Assembly (NCBI GenBank): GCA_030141605.1
Contig: JAQGDQ010002382.1
Location: 62,001-126,000, forward strand
DNA from: Tubiluchus corallicola
Taxonomy: Eukaryota > Animalia > Priapulida
Reading direction: 5' to 3'
Length of the DNA: 64,000 nt
Made by a program: the position numbers and the translations under genes. This document shows positions 42,654 to 56,800 of this stretch, one piece after another. The stretch's first letter is position 1. Every line of letters starts with the position of its first letter. The notes beneath the pieces were generated by a model that saw only the letters and a list, made by a program, of their open reading frames with translations, did no database searches and had not been told where the DNA came from.

Positions 42654-43600
42654 AGTGTCGAACACCCACAAGTACAAGAGTTTCATATGAAAATCTGCAT
42701 GATTGTTCATGCAACGTAGGGTCAAGCGGTAAGGGGCTAGGCGCCTAGAGGAGAAGTTTCAGATGCAAAAGCAGGAACTTTTGCCATGGGAGGAATTCGG
42801 TCAGACGAAGAACTCTAATCTGGGGGGAAATGTATTCTATGCACTGTGTATACACCTATACTTAACCAAATGAACTGCTGCTAATATACACAAGTTAGTA
42901 AGCTGCGTGCAGACGAAAGTTAGAATTAAAACACATTGAAGTTTTGTGAAGATTTAATTAACTATCATCTTTTTCTATTAATGCACTTAAACATTGAAGT
43001 TTTGTGATGATTCAATTAACTATCATCTTTTTTCTATTAATGCACTTAAAAAGAGGAGCTTTAAACTTGTAATTCTTTAGCAACTCATTTGGACATTAAA
43101 TCATGTACATGTTTTATGACGAATTAAAATACTGATTTCGTTTTTCATTTGATTTAACTAATTCAAGATTAAAGTTGTTTTAATAATTAAAGTGCAGAGG
43201 CAGAAAAATTAATGGAGTAAATTTAGGAAACCAGGAATCGCAAAGGTTGGCATGCGAATCAGAGCTCCGAGCGTCATTGGCTGGGGAATTGAACAAATAC
43301 AGATGTTTCCAGAGCAAGGGTATACCTTGTTTTAGTCCTTTATTTCAAATACACGTTTTACGTAGCTTGATAGATATCCAACTCTAGAATGTAAATAAAT
43401 AATAGACAGCAAATCATGTGTTCCAGTAAAAATGACAAAGAAAAATTATTAAAACACGGAAGACTACAATGAAATTATATTTGTTGTAGTTTTAATTATT
43501 ATATATATATATAATTGTTATAATATATATATATATATAAATATTAGAAACCTAAATAATTACTGTTTAAATATAAATAAAAATAAAACGATGGGATGCT

Positions 43601-44903
43601 TTATCCTTTGATCTGAGGTCTGACAACTGTATAATTCTCGTCAACGCAACACGCCTTGCAAGTATCACAAGCCCTGGAATAAGAAAAAAAACCGTCTAAT
43701 TATTATTAATAAAATTGGATACTTTTAAACTGTTGATGTGTATCGATATTTTTATCATTTAACCGTTACATAGGATAAATGGTTGGGGCTTTCTGACAGT
43801 CTATTGTGGCTTTTTGACAATCTATTGTGGCTTTCTGACAATCTATATTTAGAGGTCATCTGATGCAACCGTAACCTGCAAAATTACAACCGTTAAAACA
43901 AAAAACCAAACAAACACAAAAACAAACAAATAAACAAACAGCAGACACAAACACACAAATAAACAAACAGACAAACAAGCAAGCAAACAGCTAAAACAAA
44001 AGCCAAATTCCCATGCAGAGATTAAAAAGTCCTATTCAAAGTCCTATTCAATTTATTGTACTTACGATTTGATACTTACACACATTTCTCATGATATCCA
44101 CACTGCTTAATTCTGGGATCGCATGGCCACACAAAACAGTAATACGTAACTGGAGCCCAACAACCTGTAACCAAGAAAACTCCTTTTACGAGTGTCGTGG
44201 TGGCTGTCTCTCTGCCGGAGTGCACCACCATAATGGACGTTCTCTATTACTTAATAAACATTTCCGAAATTTAACAACAATTACGACGTATCTGAACTGA
44301 AAACGTAGGTGGAAGTTCAAAACAAACAAGCGTAGGAGCGATTAGATGTAAGTAACCTCTTGCAAAAGTAATTCACCATTTGTTTTGATCCCGTTAATAG
44401 TAAGTGCATTTAATCTAGACAACGGAATTCTAATTTATCACTGTAACAACTTGAAAGAACAGTACTCACCGCTTAGGAGACATTCATTTTCTGGTGGATG
44501 TTTCAATTTATCAAAAAAACTTGCAGCTGTCACTTCTAAATTAAAAAACACCAAACCGTATTACTGTAAGTTATGTACGTCTATACTGTACGGTACTTGT
44601 CAAAAAACTTTCAGTTGTCACTTGTAAATTAAAACTACCATACCGTATTACTGTAAGTTATGTATGTCTATACTGTACGGTACTTGTCAAAAAACTTTTC
44701 GTTGTCACTTCTAAATTAAAAAAACACCAAAGAGTATTACTCTAAGTTATTCTTAACAAGTCTATAGATACTGTACGTATAGAACATAGATTCGTATAGA
44801 ATACTATGATTTCAAATTATAATAATGCAAACTTACCGTATCCTAAGTTAGCAACTAGCCCCACAAAAACACAAACCATGAAAATTGTCTTTGACGAATC
44901 CAT
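43601..44903 (-). CDS. secreted cysteine-rich peptide precursor, 96 aa, family not recognised
   Basis: Exons 44903-44837, 44535-44470, 44164-44080 and 43673-43601 (291 nt). Donors GTAAGT, GTGAGT, GTAAGT; pyrimidine-rich AG acceptors; phases 1,1,2 join into one frame: MDSSKTIFMVCVFVGLVANLGYEVTAASFFDKLKHPPENECLLSGCWAPVTYYCFVWPCDPRIKQCGYHEKCVACDTCKACCVDENYTVVRPQIKG*. Confidence 0.8.
44528..44750. repeat. about 86-bp tandem repeat (2.5 copies) containing the exon 2 acceptor of the Cys-rich gene
   Basis: TGTCACTTSTAAATTAAAA... recurs at about 44528, 44616 and 44703. Confidence 0.85.
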
Positions 44904-45379
44904 TTCAAAATGTCTTGCAACGTTGTTGGCGTATAAATGTTTCTTAATTCAATTTCTGAAATTCAGTGTCTTTATGAATTCATTTACGACTGTACGTTGA
45001 GGTAACATACGTCCTGCAGTCTTGCTTCGACAGTAAACTATCGCATTAAATGTTCAAGGGTATGAGGGCTGTATATATACGTAATTCATACAAGACTCGT
45101 GCTCACAAACAACAACATACAATAGTTTGTGGAACAGGATGCTGGTGTTTCCTTTTAGCTATTTAACTACTCACGACTACATGTAGTGTAATAACTGATC
45201 CGTGTAGCTTCTGAGAGCTCAAAAAGTTGTTACGTACGTAGCCTTTCTGCATCACAATTTTCTTAAGTATAGACCTACATTTATTAGAAACGAAAATACT
45301 TCGCTCAGACGGAAACTTGTAAACACAAAACATCACAGACATTTTAATAGTCCAGCAGGGAACATCTCTTTGTTCATTG

Positions 45380-45720
45380 CCATCACCACTACATTCACTA
45401 ACAGCATCACCATCACCATCATCGTCGTCGTCATCATCAACAACGACAACGACAACAGCAGCAGTAACAACAACAATAACATCATCGTGGTCATCAGCAT
45501 CATCATCATCATCAACGACAACGACAATAACAACAACAGCAGCAGCAACAACAATAACAATAACATCGTCGTGGTCATCAGCATCATCATCATCATCCTC
45601 ACCATCATCATCAACGACAACAACAACAACAGCAGCAGCAGCAGCAGCAACAACAACAACAATAACCTCGTCGTGGTCATCAGCATCATCATCATCATCA
45701 TGATTGACGATAACAACAGG
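45380..45720. repeat. compound (CAN)n trinucleotide repeat
   Basis: Direct reading; low-complexity ORFs in several frames. Confidence 0.92.
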
Positions 45721-46364
45721 TACATTCGTGGGCATTGCTTAAGGTACTATGAGGCCAACCCTTATGTACATAAATGATAAAAAACCATCAAACATAATTA
45801 TTAGAATCTATAGTTTAACGAGTGATTATTATTTTTCTAAAACGTCACGGATATTAACATTCTGTACAGGAAAACAATCAAAGCTATACATAACAAAACT
45901 AATTCCTCATAATCAGGCTGACTTGAGCCAGTAATATAGCAAATTATGTTCAAAAAACACAGTGAAATTGTCAACGAATTACAGATTATTTAATACATGA
46001 TACTTAATCAATAGATAATTAACGTTTAATAAAATTAATTTACTGTCAGTAATTGTCAAAGAGTTTCGTTCACCAACTTAAGAAAACGAAACAAACACTG
46101 CACAAACCGTTTAAACAAATTAAACTGCATACAGTTTTTCGCTGTTCAGAAACTGAGGTTTACATTACCAAAATTATTATGCTTAATGAATGAATAGTTT
46201 AATAATACTTGTTAATGAAGTATAGAGTTACCATAATAAAAAGTCATCAATCATCGAAAAACATGCTTTCAACGATTGTTGGCCATCTTTATTACACTAA
46301 ACTGCGTTCAAAATCAAGTAGTCGAATATTTTAACCACTTATCGTGAATCCACTTTGTTGCGTA

Positions 46365-46766
46365 CAGGGGCGTATCAATACTTTACAGCGTCCTAGGCTG
46401 ATTATTCTGTCTGGTCCATTTCTATTGCGAACTTATATAATGAGCACGATAAACAATTACTTGTGGTGTATTAGAAACACTATTAACCTAGTTTTACGTG
46501 GTCATTATTATTAACATGTATTTGCACAGCGCAGGCTGCGCAACTGCTTTTTGTGTAATACCTTGCACCTGTTCGTTATGTGGCACTTATATAAAAGTTG
46601 CTCTCACTAATATAAAATGATGTATTAGAAAATGCGCCCTTTACATGAATATGAAAGTACACACATTTTCCAAGTAAAATAAGAATTTTTTCTAAAACGT
46701 GACGCTCTTCGGACCTTTGGCGCCCTAGGCTTTAGCCTAGTTAGCCTATTTGTTAATACGCCCATT
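46365..46766. mobile_element. old hAT-like MITE
   Basis: CAGGGGCGTAT and ATACGCCCATT termini, subterminal GCGYCCTAGGC motifs, degenerate 8-bp TSD. Confidence 0.6.
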
Positions 46767-46989
46767 ATTGTATACAATGTCTGCGAGCAAACAAGAAAAG
46801 AACATTACGTTAAAATTGCAACCCAACATAAATCATCACAATTATTTTGCAACGTGAAAGACCTGCCTACTACACAAATACAAACTTTATCGTGAACTAC
46901 ATAAGTTATCAAAGCACGCAAGAAAAGCCTGCCACATTGATTCGGAATTCAAGAGATGATTTCGTCTTAAATGAATTCTACAAAATTTA

Positions 46990-47620
46990 TAATGTAATAT
47001 TCTCTCAAGTATGGGCCATAATCGTAATGACATAGTAGCTAAAACTCTGATCAATACATATTGTCTACCCAATGTCTACCATACATATTTGTTATACGGA
47101 TGCGAAATTGGGGGTATATCAGACAATGAAGTTAATGCCATTAGGGTAAAATGGAACACTGCTTATAGAAAAATATTCGATTTTAGACAAAATGAAAGCG
47201 TCAAATTGTTAATGTATTTTTGTGGCGCATTGCCTGCGAGTTATTTAGTAGATAGTCGAAAATTAAACTTTGTGAGAAAAATTGTAAACTCCTGCACATT
47301 GAGAATTCCAAAGCCATGCTACTATGTAAATAACAGTCAAGTAACTTTAAGATTTAAACATGGTTGTACTGTAGCTCTAAATCCTAAACGAAAATGTAAA
47401 ATTAAAGGTTAAGAACTCATTTAAAGATTATGTTTTAAGATATCTATTATAGCTCCTTACAACACTGTATAATGTAATATAATTACAAGGGAACTACAAT
47501 GTGTGGTTATTATAAAGTTGAATGTCTGTAGATATGTTATTTTACTAATATCGCATTACCTGTTTTACTAACATTTTTATCTTTGTGAGCTGTATATTTT
47601 TTATACGAAATAAACTCATA
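46990..47620 (+). mobile_element. LINE ORF2 3' fragment
   Basis: LINTYCLP...LLYGCE...WNTAYRKIF resembles L2-group C-termini; ends in AATAAA and an AAT-rich tail. Confidence 0.65.
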
Positions 47621-47835
47621 ATAACAATAATAATTGTAAGTTTCTGTGAAATAATAGTTAAGTTGAAAAGAATTTGGCAGTAGCTATTCACACACTTGCG
47701 GGGCAGGCGGGGCAGAGGACACAATCGATTACAGTGCCATGCCCACAGTGGCTATTTTGGATGGCATCAAGAAAACTTAACACACAGTATTATAAGACAT
47801 AATAATATTTACATTTCAGACTTGCACTGGCATTA

Positions 47836-50800
47836 TCATGCCACGCAAGTTAGTTTATCAACAGTTTCACGACATTCTTCACATTTTACTTCGCAACACC
47901 ATTCGAATTTACAATTGCAGCTTGTAAACAGTTGCAGGGTCTGTCGGCGAACTTTCAAACCGCAGTTTTTACACAAGGTTTTACAGCTTCGTCTCTCTGA
48001 TTGTGAAATTTCTTTTCCCTTTCGTTTAGAGCAAAGCCTGCCCGCTGTTCCAACATGTCCTGTAATTCATTGAAAGCCACATAAATTTGTATTGTGAACT
48101 GATACACATTTGTCTTAAAAAAACCCAAGAATGCAGCGACAATAAGATCAAGATTAAGCTTATAGTTATGAGAACTTTTTTACCTATTCTAAATTTGACA
48201 GTACATGTTTACGTCATGATACTTTTATTAATTTAGCAAACTGATAAATGTGCATCAGCGCTTGGTATTAAAAATAAAATTTATTATGTGAAGAAAGACT
48301 TTGTTCATCTAACTGGGCACCAAGTCAAAGGATGTAATAATCATTATGCTATATATGGGTCGCAGAAACAGAGGCTTAAAAGTTTAGCACCAAAACGCCA
48401 AAAGATTGAGTTCAACTAACGAAACGGTTAAACATCTCGCATAAAAAAGCTAAACAAGAAACTTCATGACCCATTTGTTACTGTCAATGAAAAATGATAG
48501 GAATGCTTACAGAAAGCCGCGATTTTGTTTCAATATAAATATATGCATAACCTGTATTCTGAGGATTACCCACATATCACAATACCGAAAGTAAAGTAAA
48601 GTAAAGTAAAGTAAAGTAAAGTAAAGTAAAGTAAAGTAAAGTAAAGTAAAGTAAAGTAAAGTAAAGTAAAGTAAAGTAAAGTAAAGTAAAGTAAAGTAAA
48701 GTAAAGTAAAGTAAAGTAAAGTAAAGTAAAGTAAAGTAAAGTAAAGTAAAGTAAAGTAAAGTAAAGTAAAGTAAAGTAAAGTAAAGTAAAGTAAAGTAAA
48801 GTAAAGTAAAGTAAAGTAAAGTAAAACAAAGTAAGGTAAAGCAAAGCAAAGTAAAGTAAGGCAAAGTAAAGTAAAGTAAAGTAAAGTAAAGTAAAGTACA
48901 GTAAAGTAAAGTAAAGTAAAGTAAAGTAAAGTAAAGTAAAGTAAAGTAAAGTAAAGTAAAGTAAAGTAAAGTAAAGTAAAGTAAAGTAAAGTAAAGTAAA
49001 GTAAAGTAAAGTAAAGTAAAGTAAAGTAAAAGTAAAGTAAAGTAAAGTAAAGTAAAGTAAAGTAAAGTAAAGTAAAGTAAAGTAAAGTAAAGTAAAGTAA
49101 AGTAAAGTAAAGTAAAGTAAAGTAAAGTAAAGTAAAGTAAAGTAAATTAATGTAAAGCAAAGCAAAGAAAAGCAAAGTAAAGTAAAGCAAAGCAAAGTAA
49201 AGTAACACAAAGTAAAGCAAAGCAAAGCAAAATACGGCAAAGTGAAGTAAAGAAAAGTAAATTAACTTTAAGCAAAATATGGCAAAGTAAAGTAAAGTAA
49301 AAATAATGCAAAACAAAGTAAAGCTAAGTATATTGTAAAGTTGTAAAGTTGAGTAAGGTAAGGTAAAGTTAGACAAAGAAAAATAAATTAAACATCGTAC
49401 CGGACTTCATACCTTCTGTAATATTAGCTTTGCAATAGTCATGGGATGGTTCCAAATAGACGAGACTCCTCCTTTTTAGGGAAGGTATTTCTTCAATACG
49501 TCCTGTATTCATCAATTTCAATTCGCCGTTTTTATAGTCAACTTTCACCGCTTTCCAGTATCTCTTCTTCAAGTAATCGCCAACTTTCCGGAAATCGGAC
49601 AACTGCAGCCAACATGTTTGCGTCGAACAACTTCCGGATACGCCGTGGCACTTGCAGGTTCGTTTTAGAGTATGGCGGACCGCCTGATAACAACAAATTT
49701 TGCTCTTTAATCTTGACCATAATCAATGCAAACAAATATTCTAGTAGACGTAAGTTAAAACATACTGCAAGAGCAATCTGTATTTCAATTTAGAGATAGC
49801 ATGTACTTCTACGACCTTCGACACGTGATCAATTGTTTCTTTGGCTGTTGCTGCATTTGGCCGTTAGGCAACTTTTGCAATCGAGTTTTCTAGTTATTCA
49901 GTTTTGTAACAAATAAAAATAAAATTCAACAACAAACAACTTAAAAAATAAATTCAAGCCAGAAATTCAAAAAATATTATATTTATTAATCAAAGAGGCG
50001 TCACTTTAAAATACCTCATCTTTCTTACCAGTAGATAGCACCACGTTATGCATATTACGCTATTACTAGCGCTGTTTACGTGGTAGAGTCCCCATCTACT
50101 AAAATCAGTGTTAAACTAAAAAAGTTAGTACGCCTTTAATTTCAATTATTCATAATTTCTATTATTACACTTTGCGTTAAGTAGTGAAAATATTCAATTG
50201 TGCTTTACTATGTTAATATAAATAAAGGTGTTAAGTGAACTTACTGCTCTCCCTGCTTTATTATTGTGCAGATTCATCAAAGCTGTTGCATCTTTCCCAG
50301 TTTCCAAAGCGTCTACGAACTGCTTACTTATTTGCTCTCCAAATTTGACATTGTCACTGCACCCACCCCAAGTCCAGCCCGGAGCTGCTATAACAAAACA
50401 AAACACAAAGATGGCAGAAACAAAGTATTAAGAAACAAACTGCGAAGATATTTGACAGGTAGAATTTTCCATAGATGTAATTTCTAGGTGTCAACTAAAC
50501 TAAACTAAACTAAACTAAACTAAACTAAACTAAACTAAACTAAACTAAACTAAACTAAACTAAACTAAACTAAACTAAACTAAACTAAACTAAACTAAAC
50601 TAAACTAAACTAAACTAAACTAAACTAAACTAAACTATACTATACTAAATATGGAACTATATAATAAAACGCCTTTCAGAGCAAAAATGATCAGTCACGA
50701 TGTGTTAATACCAAGAGACATCTATATCATACACCTATTCCGAGATTTCAAAGACTATTCACTTCAGTTTACACGTCTTTTTGCACAGTTTCGCAACTTG

Positions 50801-53651
50801 GTAAGACGTCATCTCAAAACGAGTGTGGCGGGACCCGAACTATTCTCACTCATCATCAGGGATAAGCCTGTACGATGAGACAGTGACCCAGCAAAAATAT
50901 TCAGTACGTACAATTGCATGCGCGTGTCTTCCTCGAGAAAAGAAATGACTGAATATCGGCTGTCACCTCTCCATTAACTAACCAGATCTGGCGTTACTTA
51001 ACCTTGCAGCTAAGCACGCACTGCCGGCCCTGTCTTATTTTCGGAAACATTACAACTTAAAATTCAGATGTAGTGTTTGTAGTTCTATTTCTAATGAAAG
51101 TGTGGTAACGGTGTTTTAGTAAATACAGGTGCGTCTCAAATAATTGTCAAAAATATAAATACCTTGGCCTTTGCGCCTGTCATCACAACCGCAGTTTTCA
51201 AATTCTCCAGAACTACAGTTTCGGGTCAACGTGTACATAACTCCAGCTGAACTGATGGCATGAACAAATGAGGTTTCCCGTGTTGCTGAAAACATTGTTA
51301 CTGTTTTAGCCGAATAGTCCTTTTTAAAATTATCTAGTGTAAATGTAACGTGATCAAATGAGATGTAATACGGCAATTTCATATATAATAGCATCGACGA
51401 CGATAACGATATGTGATGGTGGAGCTGCTGCTGCTGACGATGTTGATGATGGTGATGGTAGTGAAGAAAACGAAGGTGACATAATGATGATGATGATTAT
51501 CCTATGTTGAAAATTGGTGTTTCATATTTGCAAGAGATTAAAAATACTGAAAATGCTGAATGCTTATCTACAAAACACTTAATCAGGCCCTATGATGTAG
51601 TAATGTAATGTAATATAATGTAATGTAATGTAATGTAATGTAATGCAATGCAATGCAATGCAATGCAATGCAATACAATACAACACAATGCAATACAACA
51701 CAATACAATACAATACAATATAATATAACATAATATAACATAATATAACATAACATAGCATAACATAGCATAACATAACATAACATAACACAACACAACA
51801 TAATATAATATAGTATAATATAATATTTTTACCTGCAGGAACACTGTGAGAATAAAGGGGTAATGACGATCGAGGACAGTTCCATCTCTCCCAGGCAAAC
51901 TGATGCTGGCACTCTTCCATCCCAATTTGTGCTCCTGCTGCCACACTCGCAGAAAACGTCAAATACGCCTGAAAACAAACGGACGAATGAAAACGAAAGA
52001 ATGAGTGAACGAATGTATTATTGATTCTATGGACGAATGAACGAGTGACTGACTGACTGACTGAATGAATGAATGAACGAATGAACGAACGAACGAACGA
52101 ATGAATGAATGAACGAACGAACGAATGAATGAATGATTGACTGACTGAATGAATGAATGAATGAATGAATGAATGAATGAATGAATGAATGAATGAATGA
52201 ATGAATGAATGAATGGAGTCGCCAAAAGAAAGAAAAAAGGAAAAGGAAAATAAAACCAATCAATCAGCTAGTAATCAGTCAATCAATTCATAGAAACATC
52301 GTTCAGCCTATAAAGCAGTACATTATTAGTCACACAAGCCACAACCAACATTACAAGCTGCTACACAACGAGAAAGTCTTTTACTAACGTGAAATGATTG
52401 TGGCGGGAATGAAATCTCTTCAATATCAAAGATATTTTTTTAAATGAGACACTGAATCAACAGGGGTGCCTTGGCCTTAATTGTGCATCCCCCTCAAAAG
52501 AAAAGAGCTACTGTAGCATGTGACAGTATACGGGAAATTAAAGTAATAAGAAGCAGATTTCCTGCCTGTTACTCATCAGGCTCGACGATGCTTAACTTCA
52601 TAACTAGTCCTGCACCTTGACCATTTAGTTATTTTCTCGGTATAATAGAACAAGTCAAAAATGAACACCAACGTTTTTCGTACAATTCCTCTGTGAAATC
52701 ATATCTAACGCTTCGGTAGCTACGTCATTAATTAACTCATTCGAGGGTTAATAAGCCAAATTTGCCAGTCGGCTAAAACTCAATAGAGTTGCGGAAATTT
52801 TTGTTTGCTATTTGCACCTCGTCGTGTGGCAGGCGCCAATTACCTTATTGTTACACCATACTCGAACACGATTCGAAGTTATTAGCCTAATTCAGCTCCC
52901 CTGAAGTTACCGACAAGCGTGTCCAGACTTTGGCTGGTCGGATTTAGAGGCAGTGGTCAATAACTAGTATGGACCTAACAGGAGAAGCAAGCATTGCTAC
53001 TTGTTGAGCAATGTATTTCCGACTTCCGGTGAAGGGGTTAATAACATTTTTTGAAATAAATACTCCAACAAAGCTTGTAATCACACAGGAATAGATATTA
53101 ATCTAAATTAAGTACAGCTTGGAATGTTGCTGTAAGAAAACTTTGGAATTTACTGTTTAGATCACACAAATACTGTCTTCCTTTTATATGTGATATCGTT
53201 CCGCCAGTTAAACAGTTACAGAAACCGTTTGTTAAATTTACCATAGTTGTTTAAATAGTGAAAATCGCATAGCCAATTTTTTTACACACAATTCTCGATT
53301 TCATGGCTCTTGTAATGGGTTATAATTTGTTATCTATTTGTAACGAGTACAAAACTTTTTACACAAATGAAAATTTTCTTTCTAAAGTTTTTTCCTGTAC
53401 ATGAGATGTAAAAAGTAATGTTAGCAAAGAACAAATACGGACTGTAAATTTCATTACCGAAGTTACTTGGGCTCTAGAACGTAATTGTTTTAATTTTCTG
53501 ACAGGAATGAGTTGTACGCCATACTAGCATATCTTACTCTCACTTAACGGTATATATTCACATTGCTTACTATTCTTGTTGACTAATGTTATTTTGCTTG
53601 TTAATCTGTTTGTTTATTTTATGTGATTGTTCCACGAGTACGAATGAAATG

Positions 53652-53724
<73 letters not shown>

Positions 53725-53765
53725 TGTGTGTGTGTATATATGTGTATATATATATATATATATAT

Positions 53766-53803
<38 letters not shown>

Positions 53804-56800
53804 CTGTTATCTAACACATAAGATTAACGTGAGAAAGAAAGCACGTATAAGAAAGATTTAGTTTATTTAAGCTTGCTGTTTAAAAAATTAATAAAATCTT
53901 CATTAATGTTTGTTAGATTAGGTATGGCTGCACTTGATTTACCCTGCATGCTTATCAGGCTGTGCTTCACAAATAAATGTGACCAATTACAGAGCATACA
54001 GAATATTATGCCGCAGGAATATTGAGCTTCGCTTTTTATTTTATATCTATTTACTCAACTTTAAAATCTGACTACAAAACGTCCATAGAAATGTTTTTGT
54101 TACCTCTTTTACCTCTAAAATGCTCGTCGTTTGCAGTATCGGAAAACAAAAGTTCTGAATTCCTTGTTTTCTGTTTTATTTTCCCCTTTTTGGTGATAAT
54201 TTTTAGTAATTCATTCCACAGCCTTTTCTAAGAATGTTGATTTATTCTTAATCCGAATAGTATATCAAACTATCTAAAGAAACGCTAAGTACAAAATAAA
54301 GAAAATTACTTTTTTTACACAAAATGTACCATTATTTGTAGTACTCACAACTGAACGTCTGCCTCTGTAAATACAAATTGCAGAAATTAACTAAAATCAT
54401 TTTTGTATATTAATCGTTTCTTTAAATTTTTAATCATTTCAAAAGTGCACGAATTTCAGCTAAGCACTGATCTTTGATAACACATCGTACAGAAAAGTTT
54501 TGGCAAATGACAGATGGCACCCTATGAAAAAACGAAAAACCAATATGTATATAAAACTAGCAAGCAAGCGTAATGAAAGGTCTAATCATTTCATCTTTCA
54601 GTTATGCTCCAGAGATTGCTCAAAAGCCGTCCAATGAATTTGGATAAAACGCACTCTGACGAAGAGAATAGTTTCAAGTTTAACAACAAACAGCAAATAA
54701 ACCACTACTGCAAATTCGTGTTCAAGAACAGATCATATTTTTACTTAGGAGACAATCAGAACAAGAAATAGCAATGGGGCCAAGAAATAACAAACAAAAA
54801 CAAGAGCACGTTGAACAAGATCGCACAGGACTTAAAATCCCAATATCCTGGTCAATGTACTAAAGCTAGACTATGGACGGATGGCTGTATCATGTCCAAA
54901 CAACAAACCATGAATACATACCGACGTTTAGAGATTATAGTGCATCCGTATTGTCAAGGTATAATAGGTGATTAACAAGACAATACTTTCCTATCATTAC
55001 ATATTACACGCACCCAATGTGTTATGTTAAACATGATAATCTACCGCGAGATAATCCAGAGCCTTGAGATTAGCTTAATAAAGGCATAATGCAGAGCAGA
55101 CAGGTTATGCGGAGTCCATTCAGAATGGGATGGCTTACTGGTTTAAATGGAGTGTTTTCATCTTACTTGTGATCCAGTTTATACGGTTGCAATAGGGCAC
55201 AAAAAGGAACAAATTTTCCCACGAGAATATTTTTGCAAGGAAGTCTTTCGGGAAAAATTGGCGGTGACTTTCAGCCCGTCTTAAAAATTAGTGCATCACC
55301 AAATCATATATTAATAAATATAATAATTAAAAAAGGTATGCCTATGTAAAATTAACTGGGTCAAATATAGTATAATTCTCATACTTTAAAAGAAGACAGA
55401 ATGATTTTTCATATTCAAGTACGGTAAAAGTATACATTTTAACACAAATAATACTGCAACAGCGTTTCTGATAATTATATAATACATTAAAATCTTAATT
55501 AACAACGGGCGAGCCCAACTGTTGATTACATAAAAAACTAACGTAATTTTCAACAGCAAATACATTCCACATGAATGGAGTGTTTTCATCTTACTTGTGA
55601 TCCAGTTTATACGGTTGCAATAGGGCACAAAAAGGAACAAATTTTCCCACGAGAATATTTTTGCAAGGAAGTCTTTCGGGAAAAATTGGCGGTGACTTTC
55701 AGCCCGTCTTAAAAATTAGTGCATCACCAAATCATATATTAATAAATATAATAATTAAAAAAGGTATGCCTATGTAAAATTAACTGGGTCAAATATAGTA
55801 TAATTCTCATACTTTAAAAGAAGACAGAATGATTTTTCATATTCAAGTACGGTAAAAGTATACATTTTAACACAAATAATACTGCAACAGCGTTTCTGAT
55901 AATTATATAATACATTAAAATCTTAATTAACAACGGGCGAGCCCAACTGTTGATTACATAAAAAACTAACGTAATTTTCAACAGCAAATACATTCCACAT
56001 GTTGTACGTGTTTGTAAAAGGGAAAATTGAAGTACGGTACTTCTGTATGAGATTCAGTGTGTTGTATTAAAACTCGGCAAGTTTTAAGATAAAAAAAAGT
56101 TCAAATTTCAAGTTTACCGCTGCACTCATGCATGAGCTATCGAACGTGTGTAGTTCGTCACAAACTAACACATCTGAACTGAGAAGTACAGGCGCTATTG
56201 CCCGTATAACTAGCGTATAGTGAAATGCATGTAACAGCGAAGAACTAGTGTCAAGAACGTGAAATTGTGTTTGTGTGGTAATAATTCTTTCACGTAAGTC
56301 ATTTTTGAAAAAAAGTACGTTTCCTTTCAACATTTTAAAGACTGTATTGTTTTGACTTAAAGTTTAAGATTGGATACGGTTTTGCTTTAAATTCTCTTTC
56401 ATTTTTATGATTAATACGAAAAATTTTTGAACACTAATAATGCTTAACATTTTATTTTACGTTAAAAATATGCCTTCAGTAGATGTGCATTGTGCAAACT
56501 TTATAACACATCATAAAGGGGAACAAACGAACAAAACAAAAATCGCTAGTCTGAACAGTGAACGCCAAATCTGCATTCAGAAGGTACAACAGGCCATACT
56601 AGCTAACCTGAGTAAAATCTTAAAAGAATTTTTCCATACATTCAACATTTTCCAATTATAATTTAATTGACGTATATATACGCTGCAATTTTATATACAG
56701 ATTTTTTATATTAATAATTCGTATAAACTTTATTTAAAAGTTTCTAACTCGCAATTGTAGTGGCTTTTATGTTAACTAAACTTGCATGTTTTGTATTTGT

